Positions 30,408 through 41,005 of a DNA stretch of 64,000 nt are shown one piece after another. Made by a program: the position numbers and the translations under genes. Position 1 is the first letter of the stretch, and every line of letters starts with the position of its first letter. The notes beneath the pieces are model-generated. The model was not told the origin of the DNA, did not search any database, and worked only from the letters and a program-made list of their open reading frames with translations. Source of the DNA: an uncultured cyanobacterium (GTDB lineage Bacteria > Cyanobacteriota > Cyanobacteriia > Phormidesmidales > Phormidesmidaceae); assembly GCA_963793265.1 (NCBI GenBank), contig CAWBZI010000005.1, forward strand, positions 64,001 to 128,000, read 5' to 3'.

Positions 30408-31964
30408 TTAGCTATTGCCACTACCGAGCAGGAACAGCCCGATCATCGTGACGCTGTTCCAAGTGCTATGGAGCAGGATAGAAGACAGGAGATTTTGCGA
30501 TCGCACATAAGCAAACCCCAAAATCGCACCCAACACCGTCAGCGGCAGCACCTCCGAAAAGCTCAGGTGCGCCGCTGAGAATATCAGGCTACTCAGACCA
30601 ATCGCGCCCCAAATCGGCATGTAGCGGGTCAGTGACGGCAGCAAAAAGCCTCTAAACAAGATTTCTTCAAATACGGGAGCGGCCACCGCTGCGGTAAAGA
30701 AGAACATACCGAGCGCCACCGGATCGCGCTCCTCTAGCACAAGCTGCAAAATTGGATTGTTACCACCTTGGCCCTGCCAAATCTGCTGATTAAGTAGCGA
30801 GATCCCCAACATTAGCGGCAACGCCACTAAGTAGCTACCAAAGCCCCACAGCGGCCATTTGCTTGCCAGCTTCACCCGAAACCAGTCTTTAGGCAAAGGC
30901 AAGTAGGGCTTGATAGACCAGTACAGTACGCCTATCGTACTTGCCGCCATCAGTAGATAAAACACCAGCGAATACAGCGCTCTGCCTCGGCTAGTGAGTC
31001 CTAAAATTAGGCCAGAATGAACAAATGCCACTTCGGGCACCACCGTTAGGGCCCCACGCGCCGATAGCCCTAGCTGTATCACCAGCGGCAGCGCGATTTG
31101 GCCGACGAACAAGAAACCGCCGACCACGACCTGCCAAACTATCTCCCAGTCCCAGGGCACTTCCCACTGGCCTTCAGGCACGGCTAACAATGACTCTTTT
31201 CCTTTAAGCACTCGCTGACCAACTAAGGCAATAATGCCTGCTGAGCCCAGTAGCCCGCCGAATGAAGGCAATAGCCCTACTGCACTGAGCTGAATAAGCG
31301 TACGTTCGGCCAGCGATCGCTCCTCAGCCTCTAACTGCGCTAGCTTTTCGGTATCATCTTCTACTGTGTACAGACGTTTCAAGTCAACGTAGCGATACCA
31401 ACCTTTGAGCCGCTGCGTAATGGTATCTTCTGTTTGCGATCGCACAATCGGCGGTGACTGCCATAAATCAGTCAGAACGCCTGCCACTGCCGCAATATCG
31501 CTTTGTTTAGCACTCTGCCTATCCGCTAAGCGCTGCCAGGTTGTGATCGCCTCTTCCACCTTTCCCTGCTGCGCTCGCACTACGCCCAATCGCAAATCTA
31601 ACTGATCAATCAACTGCTGCTGCGATTGAGCTGTCGTCACAAGCTGCGGCTTGTCGTCAGGCGATGACTTGATCTCGTTTTGCAATCGTACTAAACCGGT
31701 TGCGGCATCTTTACGAACTTCCTGATACTGCTGAATCGCGGCGTCAAGAGCATCGCCGCCAAACACCGCATTGCGAAACTGCTGCACCTCATTTTCGGGT
31801 AGACCGCTGCCGTCCCACTCGCTCGATTGCACCAGTAGATCAGTTTGGTAGAGCTGAAGCCGGTTGCCGACTTGCGGCTCGCCTAAGCTGCTTATGAGCG
31901 ATGCGCCCATCTCCAGCGCCACAATGAAGGTGAGAATAGAGAGGACAATACGCTTGGGGGTCAT
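30408..31964 (-). CDS. CPBP (CAAX/Abi) intramembrane metalloprotease
   Basis: EEILFRG, FSAAH, HSTWN motifs. Confidence 0.9.
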   Translation of the reverse strand: MTPKRIVLSILTFIVALEMGASLISSLGEPQVGNRLQLYQTDLLVQSSEWDGSGLPENEVQQFRNAVFGGDALDAAIQQYQEVRKDAATGLVRLQNEIKSSPDDKPQLVTTAQSQQQLIDQLDLRLGVVRAQQGKVEEAITTWQRLADRQSAKQSDIAAVAGVLTDLWQSPPIVRSQTEDTITQRLKGWYRYVDLKRLYTVEDDTEKLAQLEAEERSLAERTLIQLSAVGLLPSFGGLLGSAGIIALVGQRVLKGKESLLAVPEGQWEVPWDWEIVWQVVVGGFLFVGQIALPLVIQLGLSARGALTVVPEVAFVHSGLILGLTSRGRALYSLVFYLLMAASTIGVLYWSIKPYLPLPKDWFRVKLASKWPLWGFGSYLVALPLMLGISLLNQQIWQGQGGNNPILQLVLEERDPVALGMFFFTAAVAAPVFEEILFRGFLLPSLTRYMPIWGAIGLSSLIFSAAHLSFSEVLPLTVLGAILGFAYVRSQNLLSSILLHSTWNSVTMIGLFLLGSGNS

Positions 31965-32072
31965 GGAATCGGGGATCTGGGTGAACGGGGGCGGCGATCG
32001 CACAAGATCGCAAGATCCGTATTATCGCACTTCAGCCTAGAATTAAGGGCAGCTCTATCAAAACCACCTGTG

Positions 32073-32744
32073 ATGACTCCTAACGATCAAAGTACGCTCG
32101 ATCAAACCGCTACTCAGCTTGACGAAGAGGCTACTGAAAAAGGTCTTAGCGAAGAACAGTACAAGCGAAAAATGGAGCGCCGTAAGGAAGTTCAGGGCAA
32201 GCGCTTGGCCGAACGCAAGGTCGAGAAAGGCTTGATTATAGTCAATACGGGCAACGGTAAAGGCAAAACAACGGCGGCGCTGGGCGTTGTGCTGCGATCG
32301 CTTGGCCACGGATTTAGAGTCGCGATTGTGCAATTTATCAAAGGCGGCTGGGAGCCTGCGGAAAAAGCAGCGCTGAGTCACTGGCCCGAGCAGCTTCAGT
32401 TTCATGCGATGGGCGAAGGCTTTACCTGGGAAACGCAGGATCGCGATCGCGATATCAAAACTGCTCAAGCCGCCTGGGAAAAAGCCCTCACCTACATCCG
32501 CGATCCCGAATACCGCACCGTCTTACTCGATGAAGTCAACATCGCGCTCAAGCTCGGCTACCTTTCTGTTGAGCAGGTTTTAGCAGGGCTTGATGAAAAG
32601 CCTGAAATGAGCCACGTAATTCTCACAGGTCGCGGCGCACCACCTGAGCTAATAGAGCGAGCCGATTTAGTTACTGAGATGACGCTAGTCAAACATCCCT
32701 TTAAAGAGCAGGGCGTCAAAGCGCAAGCGGGTGTGGAATTTTAG
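32073..32744 (+). CDS. cobO: Cob(I)yrinic acid a,c-diamide adenosyltransferase
   Basis: GNGKGKTTAA, QFIKG, LDE, TGR. Confidence 0.95.
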   Translation: MTPNDQSTLDQTATQLDEEATEKGLSEEQYKRKMERRKEVQGKRLAERKVEKGLIIVNTGNGKGKTTAALGVVLRSLGHGFRVAIVQFIKGGWEPAEKAALSHWPEQLQFHAMGEGFTWETQDRDRDIKTAQAAWEKALTYIRDPEYRTVLLDEVNIALKLGYLSVEQVLAGLDEKPEMSHVILTGRGAPPELIERADLVTEMTLVKHPFKEQGVKAQAGVEF

Positions 32745-32820
32745 CAAACTGGTCTAGCGGTCACATCGCCGGAGTTCAACCTGCGGGATGATACTCGCAT
32801 CGCGTGGCCTTTCTGCTTTC

Positions 32821-33732
32821 ATGCTCAAAATTTCTCGCCTTTCAAAACAGTTTGGTCAGCGCCAGGCACTCAGCGAACTGTCGTTAAACCTGCCCCCCGG
32901 CGAAATCTACGGGCTGCTAGGGCCAAACGGAGCCGGTAAAACCACCGCCCTCAACATGCTTTGCGGTCTGCTCAATCCTGACAGCGGCGAAATTTTGATC
33001 AAAGGTCAGCCTGTCTCTGATGCGACAAAGATGCTAGTAGGCGTAATGCCGCAGCAAAACCTGCTGTACCAAAGTCTTACCTGCGGGGAGACACTGTTCT
33101 TTTTAGCTCGCATCTACGGCCTCAAAAAGAAGACTATTCCAACGAGAGTGCATAACTGTCTAGCAGCAGTGAACCTGGTCGATAGGGCTGACGCGGTAGT
33201 TGGAACGCTCAGCGGCGGGATGCAGCGGCGGTTGAGCCTAGCGGCGGCAATCATTCACCGGCCTAAGCTGGTGGTGCTTGATGAGCCGTCAACAGGACTG
33301 GATATTGAGTCGCGCTATGAGGTGTGGGAGCTGATTCGTAAGCTGAAGCAGCAGGGCGTGACGGTGCTACTAACGACGCATTTGCTAGATGAAGTGGAGC
33401 GGCTGTGCGATCGCATTGGCATTATCAAGCAAGGCAAGCTCTTAGCAGAAGGCACCATAGAAACGCTACGACAGCGCATACCGGCTGAGGAAGTGGTGAT
33501 TATTGAAACCGATGATGAGGCAGGGGCGATTGCGATCGCCAAGTCCCACGGGTTCACCCCTCGCCGCTACGGTAGCGATCTGGCCTTTTGGGTGCCCGAA
33601 CTTCTAGAGCTTCCCGAGCTACTCAACCGCTTTTCGAGCCTCACTGTTGAATCTATTTCTCGGCATCGTATTGGCCTAGAGCATATCTATCTAGAAGTCA
33701 CTCAAGAGCAGGCAAACCGGAAGCTTTTATAA
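32821..33732 (+). CDS. ABC-2 type transporter ATP-binding protein
   Basis: GPNGAGKT, LSGGM, VVLDEP, TTH. Confidence 0.93.
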   Translation: MLKISRLSKQFGQRQALSELSLNLPPGEIYGLLGPNGAGKTTALNMLCGLLNPDSGEILIKGQPVSDATKMLVGVMPQQNLLYQSLTCGETLFFLARIYGLKKKTIPTRVHNCLAAVNLVDRADAVVGTLSGGMQRRLSLAAAIIHRPKLVVLDEPSTGLDIESRYEVWELIRKLKQQGVTVLLTTHLLDEVERLCDRIGIIKQGKLLAEGTIETLRQRIPAEEVVIIETDDEAGAIAIAKSHGFTPRRYGSDLAFWVPELLELPELLNRFSSLTVESISRHRIGLEHIYLEVTQEQANRKLL

Positions 33733-33796
33733 TGTCAATAGGTGATACAAATAGGCTGATATAAATAAAGATATGTAGTTGAGAGGCACTTTGGTG

Positions 33797-34021
33797 ATGG
33801 TGAAGCTTTTAGTTGTGATTATTCCGGCTGTGCTGTTGGTTGCGATCGCTATCCTCTCAGTCCAAAACGCCACACCCGTTGCCGTAACCTTCCTTACCGG
33901 CACGACCGTCGCCCTACCCATCGGCATCTGGATCGCCTTTGCCCTCGGTGCAGGCATGATTCTCACGGCTCTGCTGCTTAGTCTCTTCGGTGGCAAAAGT
34001 ACAAAAGCTAATCGTCTATAG
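33797..34021 (+). CDS. LapA/DUF1049-like small membrane protein
   Basis: Two TMs flanking SVQN...LP.G. Confidence 0.7.
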   Translation: MVKLLVVIIPAVLLVAIAILSVQNATPVAVTFLTGTTVALPIGIWIAFALGAGMILTALLLSLFGGKSTKANRL

Positions 34022-34057
34022 AGACTTGATTACACTTGATACATGTTTATGTAGGCG

Positions 34058-34471
34058 ATGGTGATGACCCTTCAGGAATTGAAAGAGAAAGCAGCGGCGT
34101 TGTCGGTTGATGAGCGGTTGGAGTTGATTAGTGCGATCGCAAAATCACTTCGAGAGCGTCCAGAACAGGAAGCTGCTGAAGATATTGAGTGGGAGTTTCT
34201 AGAACGGCCCTCTCCCCCTCATCCTTGGAAAAAGCAGTTGTATATAAAAGGACGAAGGCTTTGGGTTTCTACCGTGTGGGGAGGAATGATTGCAAATGGA
34301 CTGACGCTTGAAGAAGCTGCTGACAACTGGGATCTTCCTATTGCAGCTATTGAAGAAGCGATTAAATATTGCGAAACTAATCAAGCGATTTTAGCTCAAG
34401 ACGCTGAAGAAGAACGCCGAGGTCTAGACAAAGAGGGAGTTCTTCTTGAGCCTGTTGCTGTTGCTGGATGA
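34058..34471 (+). CDS. DUF433-like putative antitoxin
   Basis: KQLYIKGRRL...EAADNWDLP.AAIEEAIKY; overlaps the PIN-like gene. Confidence 0.7.
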   Translation: MVMTLQELKEKAAALSVDERLELISAIAKSLRERPEQEAAEDIEWEFLERPSPPHPWKKQLYIKGRRLWVSTVWGGMIANGLTLEEAADNWDLPIAAIEEAIKYCETNQAILAQDAEEERRGLDKEGVLLEPVAVAG

Positions 34472-34805
34472 AGATACACAGGACAAGATATTAGTCAGGC
34501 TTCTAAGACGTTCAGGGCACGATGTCTTGACGATTTATGAAGCTGCTCTCGCAGGTACTGCGGACGATAAGGTGCTGGCTTTCGCTCACAAAGAAAATAG
34601 GATATTGATTACCCAAAACTGTTCCGACTTTCGAGAACTGCATACAATCAATCCTACACATTCGGGCATCCTGGCAATCTTTCAAGACGCTAATCCTAAG
34701 AATCGAATGGGACATCACGCTATTGTCAAAGCAATCAGTAACATTGAACGTGCAGAAGTACCTATTGCAAATCAATTCATCAATCTCAACCAGTGGAAAT
34801 CGTAG
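34446..34805 (+). CDS. DUF5615 PIN-like putative toxin
   Basis: LLLDED, GHDV, DDKVL, RILITQNCSDF, HSGI. Confidence 0.85.
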   Translation: MSLLLLLDEDTQDKILVRLLRRSGHDVLTIYEAALAGTADDKVLAFAHKENRILITQNCSDFRELHTINPTHSGILAIFQDANPKNRMGHHAIVKAISNIERAEVPIANQFINLNQWKS

Positions 34806-37409
34806 TCAGGTTAAAATTGCGCCGCCCATAAGCTTTTGATAACGCCGCTTTAGCTCTTTTTCCATTAGCGGCCATCTCGTCAGGCCATCTTCACCAGATT
34901 CAGTTTCAGTATCTAGCACCTTAGTTGCCGCCGTTCGCGCGAGTTCTAACACTTCCTGATCTTCTACCAGGCTCGCAAGCGCAAAGTCCGGCAAGCCCGA
35001 CTGACGGGTACCCAGGACTTGCCCTGGCCCGCGAAAGCGCATGTCCATTTCAGAGATAAAGAAGCCATCTTGCGATTGTTCCATCACGCGCAGCCTTTGC
35101 AAGGCAATCTCGCTTTTGCTACTGGTCATAAGCAAGCAGAAAGACTGATCGCCACCGCGCCCTACCCGGCCTCTAAGCTGATGAAGCTGAGAGAGGCCAA
35201 AGCGTTCAGCATGTTCTATGAGCATGACGGTAGCATTGGGAACGTCTACCCCAACCTCTACGACCGTTGTAGAAACTAATATTTGAGTTGTTTTTTCTCT
35301 GAAGGCACTGATGGCTGCGTCTTTATCGGCTGAGCTAAGTCGTCCGTGCAATAGACCCACGCTAAACTCGGGGAAAATAGTCTCTTGCAAGCGGCTGTGT
35401 TCTTCTATTGCAGAGCGGAGGTCTAGCTTTTCGGATTCTTCTACTAACGGAAGAACAATATAAACCTGACGACCTTGCGCAATCTCACGACTGATGAGAT
35501 CGTAGGCGTCGGTACGCTCTTTGCCACCTAGCACTGTGGTTTGAATCGCTTTTCTTCCCGGAGGAAGTTCGTCGATTTGGCTGACATCTAAGTCGCCGTG
35601 AATGGTGAGCGCTAGGGTGCGGGGAATTGGGGTTGCGGTGAGTGTCAGCACGTGGGGATTGTCTCCTTTTTGCTGGAGTCTGGCTCTTTGCGCCACGCCA
35701 AAGCGGTGCTGCTCGTCAATGGCAACTAGGCCCAGGTTCGTAAACTTTACCGGGTCTTCTATCAGCGCATGAGTGCCCACCAATACGGGCAGCTCGCCAG
35801 TCATGAGTTCTTGGTGGATTTGCTTACGTTTGGCGGTTTTAGTAGAGCCTGTCAGCAGCTCTACAGGTAAGTGCAACAGATTGAACCATTCAACTAACTT
35901 GCGATAGTGCTGTTCAGCCAACACTTCGGTTGGGGCCATCAGCGCGGCCTGATAGCCTGCTTGAATGGCGGCTAGTATGCCGACAACGGCCACGACCGTT
36001 TTACCTGAGCCCACGTCCCCTTGCACTAAGCGATTCATAGGTGCAGTGTCTTGCAAGTCCGTGAGGATCTCTTGCACGACTCGCTGCTGTGCGCCTGTGA
36101 ACTTGAAAGGAAGCACTTTGTAGAATGCTTCGATTAGCTCGCCTGTCGGAGCCATTTGCACGGTGGTCTGTTGCTTTTGTTGTTCTTTGCGGCGGCGTAG
36201 AAGGCCAAGCTGTAGGTAGAAGAATTCATCGAAGACTAAGCGGCGGCGGGCGATCGCAAGTTCTTCAGTGCCGGGCGGGAAATGGATGTGTGCGATCGCC
36301 ACCGCCAAATCCACCAGCTCATACTTCTCCCGCAATCCTCTCGGCAGCGGATCTTTTAACGCCACCACCGAAGGCAGCGCGATCGCCACCGCCTTCCGCA
36401 CCAAATCAGCGCCAACCCCTTCTGTAAGCGGATACACCGGCACCACTCTACCCACCTTCAGCGAATCAATCGAATCGCCTTCGCCGCCCAGCACCTCAAT
36501 CTCAGGATTATCTATATTAATGCCGTACTTCGTCTGCTTCACTAGCCCCGAAATCGCGACCACCGCGCCCGGCGGATAAAGTCTCTTTTGCCGCTCTTGC
36601 CAGCCGCGATGGCGAAAGCGTGTGCCCGCATAAAAGCGACTTATCTTAAGCCGAGACGTAGAGTCGTACACGGTCACATCAAACATCGTCAGCTTAGGAT
36701 TACGCGGAGAGTTAAAGCAATTGCAGCGCTTTACCGTCGCAACAATCGTCACTGTTTCGCCGGGCACCAAGTCTTTAATCTTTACCTGCCGCGCATAGTC
36801 AATGTAGTCGCGTGGATAGTAAAAGAGTACGTCTCGAATGCTCAGCAGCCCTAATTTAGCGAGCTTTTCAGCTTTTTGAGGGCCGATGCCTTTGAGATAG
36901 GTCAGGGGCTTATCGAGCGGATGACCTGAATCTGAGCGATTGGCTAAACCCGTTACGTCAGTAGTTTTAGGAGACTTGACCTTACGTTTGGTTTTGCTCT
37001 TGGTCTTTTCGTTCTTAGAACTGTGCTTATCGCCTGCTTCCTTCTGGTAGGAAGCGCCCGACTCTGCAAGCAGTGGCAAAGCATCTGCGGTTTGTCGAGC
37101 GCGATGTAAAAATCGTCGGGTATCGGCTACTAAATGCTGTCGTGCTGAAAAAGAGAGTTCGTTGTATTGTTTGAACCGTTCGGCTAACGCTGTCCACTTG
37201 TCGCGATCGCGCATCTGCCCCGCCAAAGTCTCACTAAGCCCTTTAACGCCATCCAGCAGGCTACTCGCCACAAACTCACTAAAAAGCTGCTGGTGCCCCT
37301 CAATATTATTGAACCCGCGATCCGACTCCACGCTCAGCGCCTTTTGCAGCCGCACCCAGTCTGGAAGAGCAGGTTTCGCAGATTCATTCGCAGGGTTAGT
37401 CATCATCAT
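34806..37409 (-). CDS. recG: ATP-dependent DNA helicase RecG
   Basis: QGDVGSGKT, DEQH, TATPIPR, QLRGRVGR. Confidence 0.98.
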   Translation of the reverse strand: MMMTNPANESAKPALPDWVRLQKALSVESDRGFNNIEGHQQLFSEFVASSLLDGVKGLSETLAGQMRDRDKWTALAERFKQYNELSFSARQHLVADTRRFLHRARQTADALPLLAESGASYQKEAGDKHSSKNEKTKSKTKRKVKSPKTTDVTGLANRSDSGHPLDKPLTYLKGIGPQKAEKLAKLGLLSIRDVLFYYPRDYIDYARQVKIKDLVPGETVTIVATVKRCNCFNSPRNPKLTMFDVTVYDSTSRLKISRFYAGTRFRHRGWQERQKRLYPPGAVVAISGLVKQTKYGINIDNPEIEVLGGEGDSIDSLKVGRVVPVYPLTEGVGADLVRKAVAIALPSVVALKDPLPRGLREKYELVDLAVAIAHIHFPPGTEELAIARRRLVFDEFFYLQLGLLRRRKEQQKQQTTVQMAPTGELIEAFYKVLPFKFTGAQQRVVQEILTDLQDTAPMNRLVQGDVGSGKTVVAVVGILAAIQAGYQAALMAPTEVLAEQHYRKLVEWFNLLHLPVELLTGSTKTAKRKQIHQELMTGELPVLVGTHALIEDPVKFTNLGLVAIDEQHRFGVAQRARLQQKGDNPHVLTLTATPIPRTLALTIHGDLDVSQIDELPPGRKAIQTTVLGGKERTDAYDLISREIAQGRQVYIVLPLVEESEKLDLRSAIEEHSRLQETIFPEFSVGLLHGRLSSADKDAAISAFREKTTQILVSTTVVEVGVDVPNATVMLIEHAERFGLSQLHQLRGRVGRGGDQSFCLLMTSSKSEIALQRLRVMEQSQDGFFISEMDMRFRGPGQVLGTRQSGLPDFALASLVEDQEVLELARTAATKVLDTETESGEDGLTRWPLMEKELKRRYQKLMGGAILT

Positions 37410-38823
37410 CGTCTTGAGCGACTGTCCAGCTTGAGCGCCAGGCATCTTCTGCTTGAGCAGTTTCTAGCGATCGCTGTGTCTTCTTATATCGCATTCCTAG
37501 CTTTTTTAGCTCGCCCAGCTTCTGCCGCAAACGCCCCCGCCACGCTGACACCGTAGGATCGGTAAATTCTACCTCGCTCAACCGCAGGCTAATCGCCGCT
37601 AGCTCAGGCAGGGCGTCTATCTCAATAATTTTCGGCGGCATGGCAGGTCTTGGCCGCTGTGCCCCAGATCCGCGCCCCGAAGACCGCCTGCGCCCTGAAT
37701 GTCGATCTGTAGAGCCGCCACCTGAGCGACCCGATCGTCGATTCGATGGACTGTCTAGCGATCGCCTACGCCCTTCTCGATCAGAGCGCCGAGAGTCTCG
37801 ATTTCGAACCTCCCGATAGTCCTCATCACCATCCTCCTCGTCTTCCATCATAGACTCGCCGTGCATCACTCGCACCGACATCCTCACCACATTAGGCACC
37901 GAATTAATCGGCTCGCCCATGCCCCGAGAATCAGAAGCCGCTGCCATCAGCGCCTTAGGAAAAGTTGGCATCACGTCCGCTTTTTGCAGCAGCTCGTTAG
38001 ACGCGTCCGAAACGGTTTTAAACACATCTCGAATCGCTTTCTCCAACAGCATTTGCTGCTTCATCAAATGAATTGGCGTTAGCGGGCCGTCTTCTTTATC
38101 ACCAACTTCCTTATCGCTACCACTGGGCAGTCCCTTGATCTGCATTGAGCGGCGAGCCAACCCCTCCAAAGCCGCCAGCAAATCTTCTTCTTCATCTAAA
38201 GACAAGCGCTGATCAGCCGGAGGCACTTCCATCTCAAAATCTATATCGTCATCGTCTGAATCATCATCTTCGAAGCCGCTATCTGAGTCACTATCTGAGT
38301 CACTATCCAAGTCTTGCTGAAGCATCGTTTCAAACTCTTCAGCAAATACTTCGTCGCCATACTCATTGCGCCTGCGACCGTCAGGCGATCGCTCTTCAGC
38401 TTCAAACCCATCCAAATCATCCTCATAATCATCCGCAGGCAATCCAGACTCAGACGATCCCCCGCTGCCTGTTCTGGCCTCTAGCAGCTGCTGTAAAAAG
38501 GCCAAGCCATCATGGTTTTGAGGGCGGCGGCTCATGACGATGGAACGTTCGCGCTGTTCGGTGAGCTGCTCGTAAATTTGGGTTGCGATCGCCTGCAAAG
38601 ACTGCTGAAGCTGATTGCGTTTGTCCCAGGAGAGCGCCAAAAACTTATCAGGATATGCCTGCGTGCACAAATGATAGGCCGCCTGCACCAACTGCCGCTT
38701 ACTGGCCTCGCTCAGCGCCTTCAAATAGCCCTCATACAAAGGCTCCAAAGTATCTGCCATCGCCTCAGTTTTCTGCTGAAGCAAAGATAGTTCCTGTTCA
38801 ATTTGGCCACTCGCCTTAACCAT
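37396..38823 (-). CDS. Conserved hypothetical protein with long acidic and Arg/Ser-rich insertions
   Basis: AAYHLCTQAYP..FL and EAEDAW-like conserved ends; overlaps the recG start. Confidence 0.75.
   Translation of the reverse strand: MVKASGQIEQELSLLQQKTEAMADTLEPLYEGYLKALSEASKRQLVQAAYHLCTQAYPDKFLALSWDKRNQLQQSLQAIATQIYEQLTEQRERSIVMSRRPQNHDGLAFLQQLLEARTGSGGSSESGLPADDYEDDLDGFEAEERSPDGRRRNEYGDEVFAEEFETMLQQDLDSDSDSDSDSGFEDDDSDDDDIDFEMEVPPADQRLSLDEEEDLLAALEGLARRSMQIKGLPSGSDKEVGDKEDGPLTPIHLMKQQMLLEKAIRDVFKTVSDASNELLQKADVMPTFPKALMAAASDSRGMGEPINSVPNVVRMSVRVMHGESMMEDEEDGDEDYREVRNRDSRRSDREGRRRSLDSPSNRRSGRSGGGSTDRHSGRRRSSGRGSGAQRPRPAMPPKIIEIDALPELAAISLRLSEVEFTDPTVSAWRGRLRQKLGELKKLGMRYKKTQRSLETAQAEDAWRSSWTVAQDDDDD
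38279..38307. repeat. 12-bp tandem repeat CTATCTGAGTCA x2.4, encoding a DS run
   Basis: Read directly from the sequence. Confidence 0.8.
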
Positions 38824-38927
38824 TCTCTATCGCCCAAGACTCATACAATACATAGCCAGCACCCACAGCGCCCATCTTTTACACGAAACCCATACCTCAA
38901 CAGTAACGAGTTTGCCTGCGACCTAAC

Positions 38928-38964
38928 AAAAATCGGGCTCTTCACATCATCAGAAGAACCCGAA
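38928..38964 (-). terminator. Rho-independent terminator after tsf
   Basis: CGGGCTCTTC...GAAGAACCCG with an A-run on + (U-tract on -). Confidence 0.65.
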
Positions 38965-39014
38965 TCTCAAAAAGTCGCGAAAAAATCACAACTTTCAATG
39001 TCTGCTTCTAAGGT

Positions 39015-39677
39015 CTACTTCTTTTGACCCGTCTGAGCAGCCACTTCATCGGCAAAGTTAACCTCTTCTTTCTCAATGCCCTCACCCAAAATAAAGCGAG
39101 AGAATCGACGAATTTGAATGTTCTCACCAAGCTTAGAAACTGCCTGCTTTACCAGCTCTTCTACCGTGATGTTCTGGTCTTTAATAAAAGGCTGATCAAT
39201 CAAAGACAGCTCTTTGAGCCGCTTATCAATCCGACCTTGAACAATCTTCTCTTTGATGTTCTCAGGCTTTTTGCCCAAGTCATCACGGCCCATTTCAATA
39301 GACTTCTCACGCTCCACCATATCTGAAGGAATATCGTCAACTCTGACATATTCCACATTAGGAGAAGCCGCAATTTGCATTGCCACATCCTGCGCCAAAG
39401 ACTTAAATTCTTCGCGGCGGGCTACAAAGTCAGTCTCACAGTTAATCTCAACGAGCACACCTACGCGGCCACCCGTATGAATGTAGCTGTGCACCAGCCC
39501 TTCTGAAGCCACTCGGCTTTCTTTTTTAGCGGCTGAGGTAATGCCCTTCTGACGCAGCCATTCATTGGCCTTACTCACGTCGCCGTCACTTTCTATCAGC
39601 GCCTTTTTGCAATCCATCATGCCTGCGCCCGTCTGATCGCGCAGTTCTTTCACCTGCTTCGCAGAAATGTCTGCCAT
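39015..39677 (-). CDS. tsf: Elongation factor Ts
   Basis: [26 protein letters not shown]; start at MADIS. Confidence 0.98.
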   Translation of the reverse strand: MADISAKQVKELRDQTGAGMMDCKKALIESDGDVSKANEWLRQKGITSAAKKESRVASEGLVHSYIHTGGRVGVLVEINCETDFVARREEFKSLAQDVAMQIAASPNVEYVRVDDIPSDMVEREKSIEMGRDDLGKKPENIKEKIVQGRIDKRLKELSLIDQPFIKDQNITVEELVKQAVSKLGENIQIRRFSRFILGEGIEKEEVNFADEVAAQTGQKK

Positions 39678-39851
39678 CTTTCCGTATCGTCCTAATAGTT
39701 TTACGTCTTTACATGTAGTTGTAAGGGTTAGCGCAGCCAACCGTCAGTGCTTAAGCATACTTTGTCAGCAGCGCAGCGGCACAATATCGCCGCAAGCACT
39801 GCTGTGTAGATGCCTATAGCAAGCACTGACAATCATCAGCTAGCGTATCGT

Positions 39852-40679
39852 TCAGGCTTCGGCTGTAGCAGCAGGAGCAGCTTCTTCAGACTTAGCACCA
39901 ATCTCAGCGCCTTCGTCGTCATAATCTGCGCCATCGTAGCCATCGTAAATATCGGCTGCGTGAGCGGCATTCTTACCGCTACCGCTGTCCGTGCCGCCGC
40001 CACGAGAGCCTTCGTAAATGGCATCAGCCAAGCGACCCACCACCAGCTTAATCGCGCGAATCGCGTCGTCGTTCGCTGGAATGGGCACATCTACAACATC
40101 TGGATCGCAGTTGGTATCTAGCAAAGAAATGATCGGCAGACCGAGCTTCTGACATTCCTGTACAGCGTTGTACTCACGGCGTACGTCTACAATGATGACC
40201 GCATCAGGAATACGGCGCATGGTTTTGATACCGCCCAGATACTTCTGAAGCTTGTCTAGCTCGCGACGTAGCTGTGCGCCTTCTTTTTTAGGTCGCATAG
40301 CTAGCGCACCCGACGACTCCATCCGCTCAAGCTCCTTCAGGCGCTCAACGCGGGTTTTAATCGTCGTCCAGTTGGTGAGCATTCCGCCCAACCAGCGCTG
40401 GTTTACGTAGTAAGAACCGCAGCGATCGGCTTCATCGGCAACGATGCCCGCTGCCTGACGCTTAGTGCCGACAAAAAGGAAGCTTTTGCCGCTTTCTGCT
40501 GATTTGCGGACGTACTGATACGCCTCTTCAAGCAGAGTAGCGGTCTGAACGAGATCAATAATATGGACACCGTTGCGGGAAGTGAAGATGTATTCGTCCA
40601 TCTTCGGGTTCCAGCGTCGTGTTTGGTGACCAAAGTGCACGCCTGATTCAAGTAGATCAGACAGGGTTACTGCTGGCAT
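39852..40679 (-). CDS. rpsB: 30S ribosomal protein S2
   Basis: [28 protein letters not shown]. Confidence 0.99.
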   Translation of the reverse strand: MPAVTLSDLLESGVHFGHQTRRWNPKMDEYIFTSRNGVHIIDLVQTATLLEEAYQYVRKSAESGKSFLFVGTKRQAAGIVADEADRCGSYYVNQRWLGGMLTNWTTIKTRVERLKELERMESSGALAMRPKKEGAQLRRELDKLQKYLGGIKTMRRIPDAVIIVDVRREYNAVQECQKLGLPIISLLDTNCDPDVVDVPIPANDDAIRAIKLVVGRLADAIYEGSRGGGTDSGSGKNAAHAADIYDGYDGADYDDEGAEIGAKSEEAAPAATAEA

Positions 40680-40693
40680 ATGAAATTTCTCCT

Positions 40694-40799
40694 TCCGGGT
40701 TAAACCTCCATCTGGCTGCATTCAAGTAGCACGAGAACCTAAAACCTTAGTCTCAAGTCTCTATTTCGCTACCCAAACACCCGAAAATCCAGATGTGTG
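40694..40799 (-). promoter_or_regulatory. rpsB leader (t44/S2 autoregulatory RNA)
   Basis: Minus strand CACACATCTGG...GGGTG...CCAGATGGAGG.TTAACCC: closing stem plus GGGU/ACCC pseudoknot elements. Confidence 0.8.
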
Positions 40800-41005
40800 A
40801 ATTTAATAGAACTGTACTAGGGTAGCACGCCTGTGAGGACTTGCGAGCAAGGCTTTTAAGAGGCTGGCAATTTTATTTTTCCAGATTTTTTCCAGGCGCT
40901 TCGACAGGGAGTTTTACACAGGCCCGTGGGAAAACTTCATTTATATAACGGCCACTTCATCAAAAGGGGCCAGCGACCACTATTCCACGATATTCCTGGG
41001 GCTCC

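Noticed and set aside
34058..34805. DUF433-like/DUF5615 pair as a novel system
   Set aside because: Ordinary, intact and widespread cyanobacterial TA-type pair
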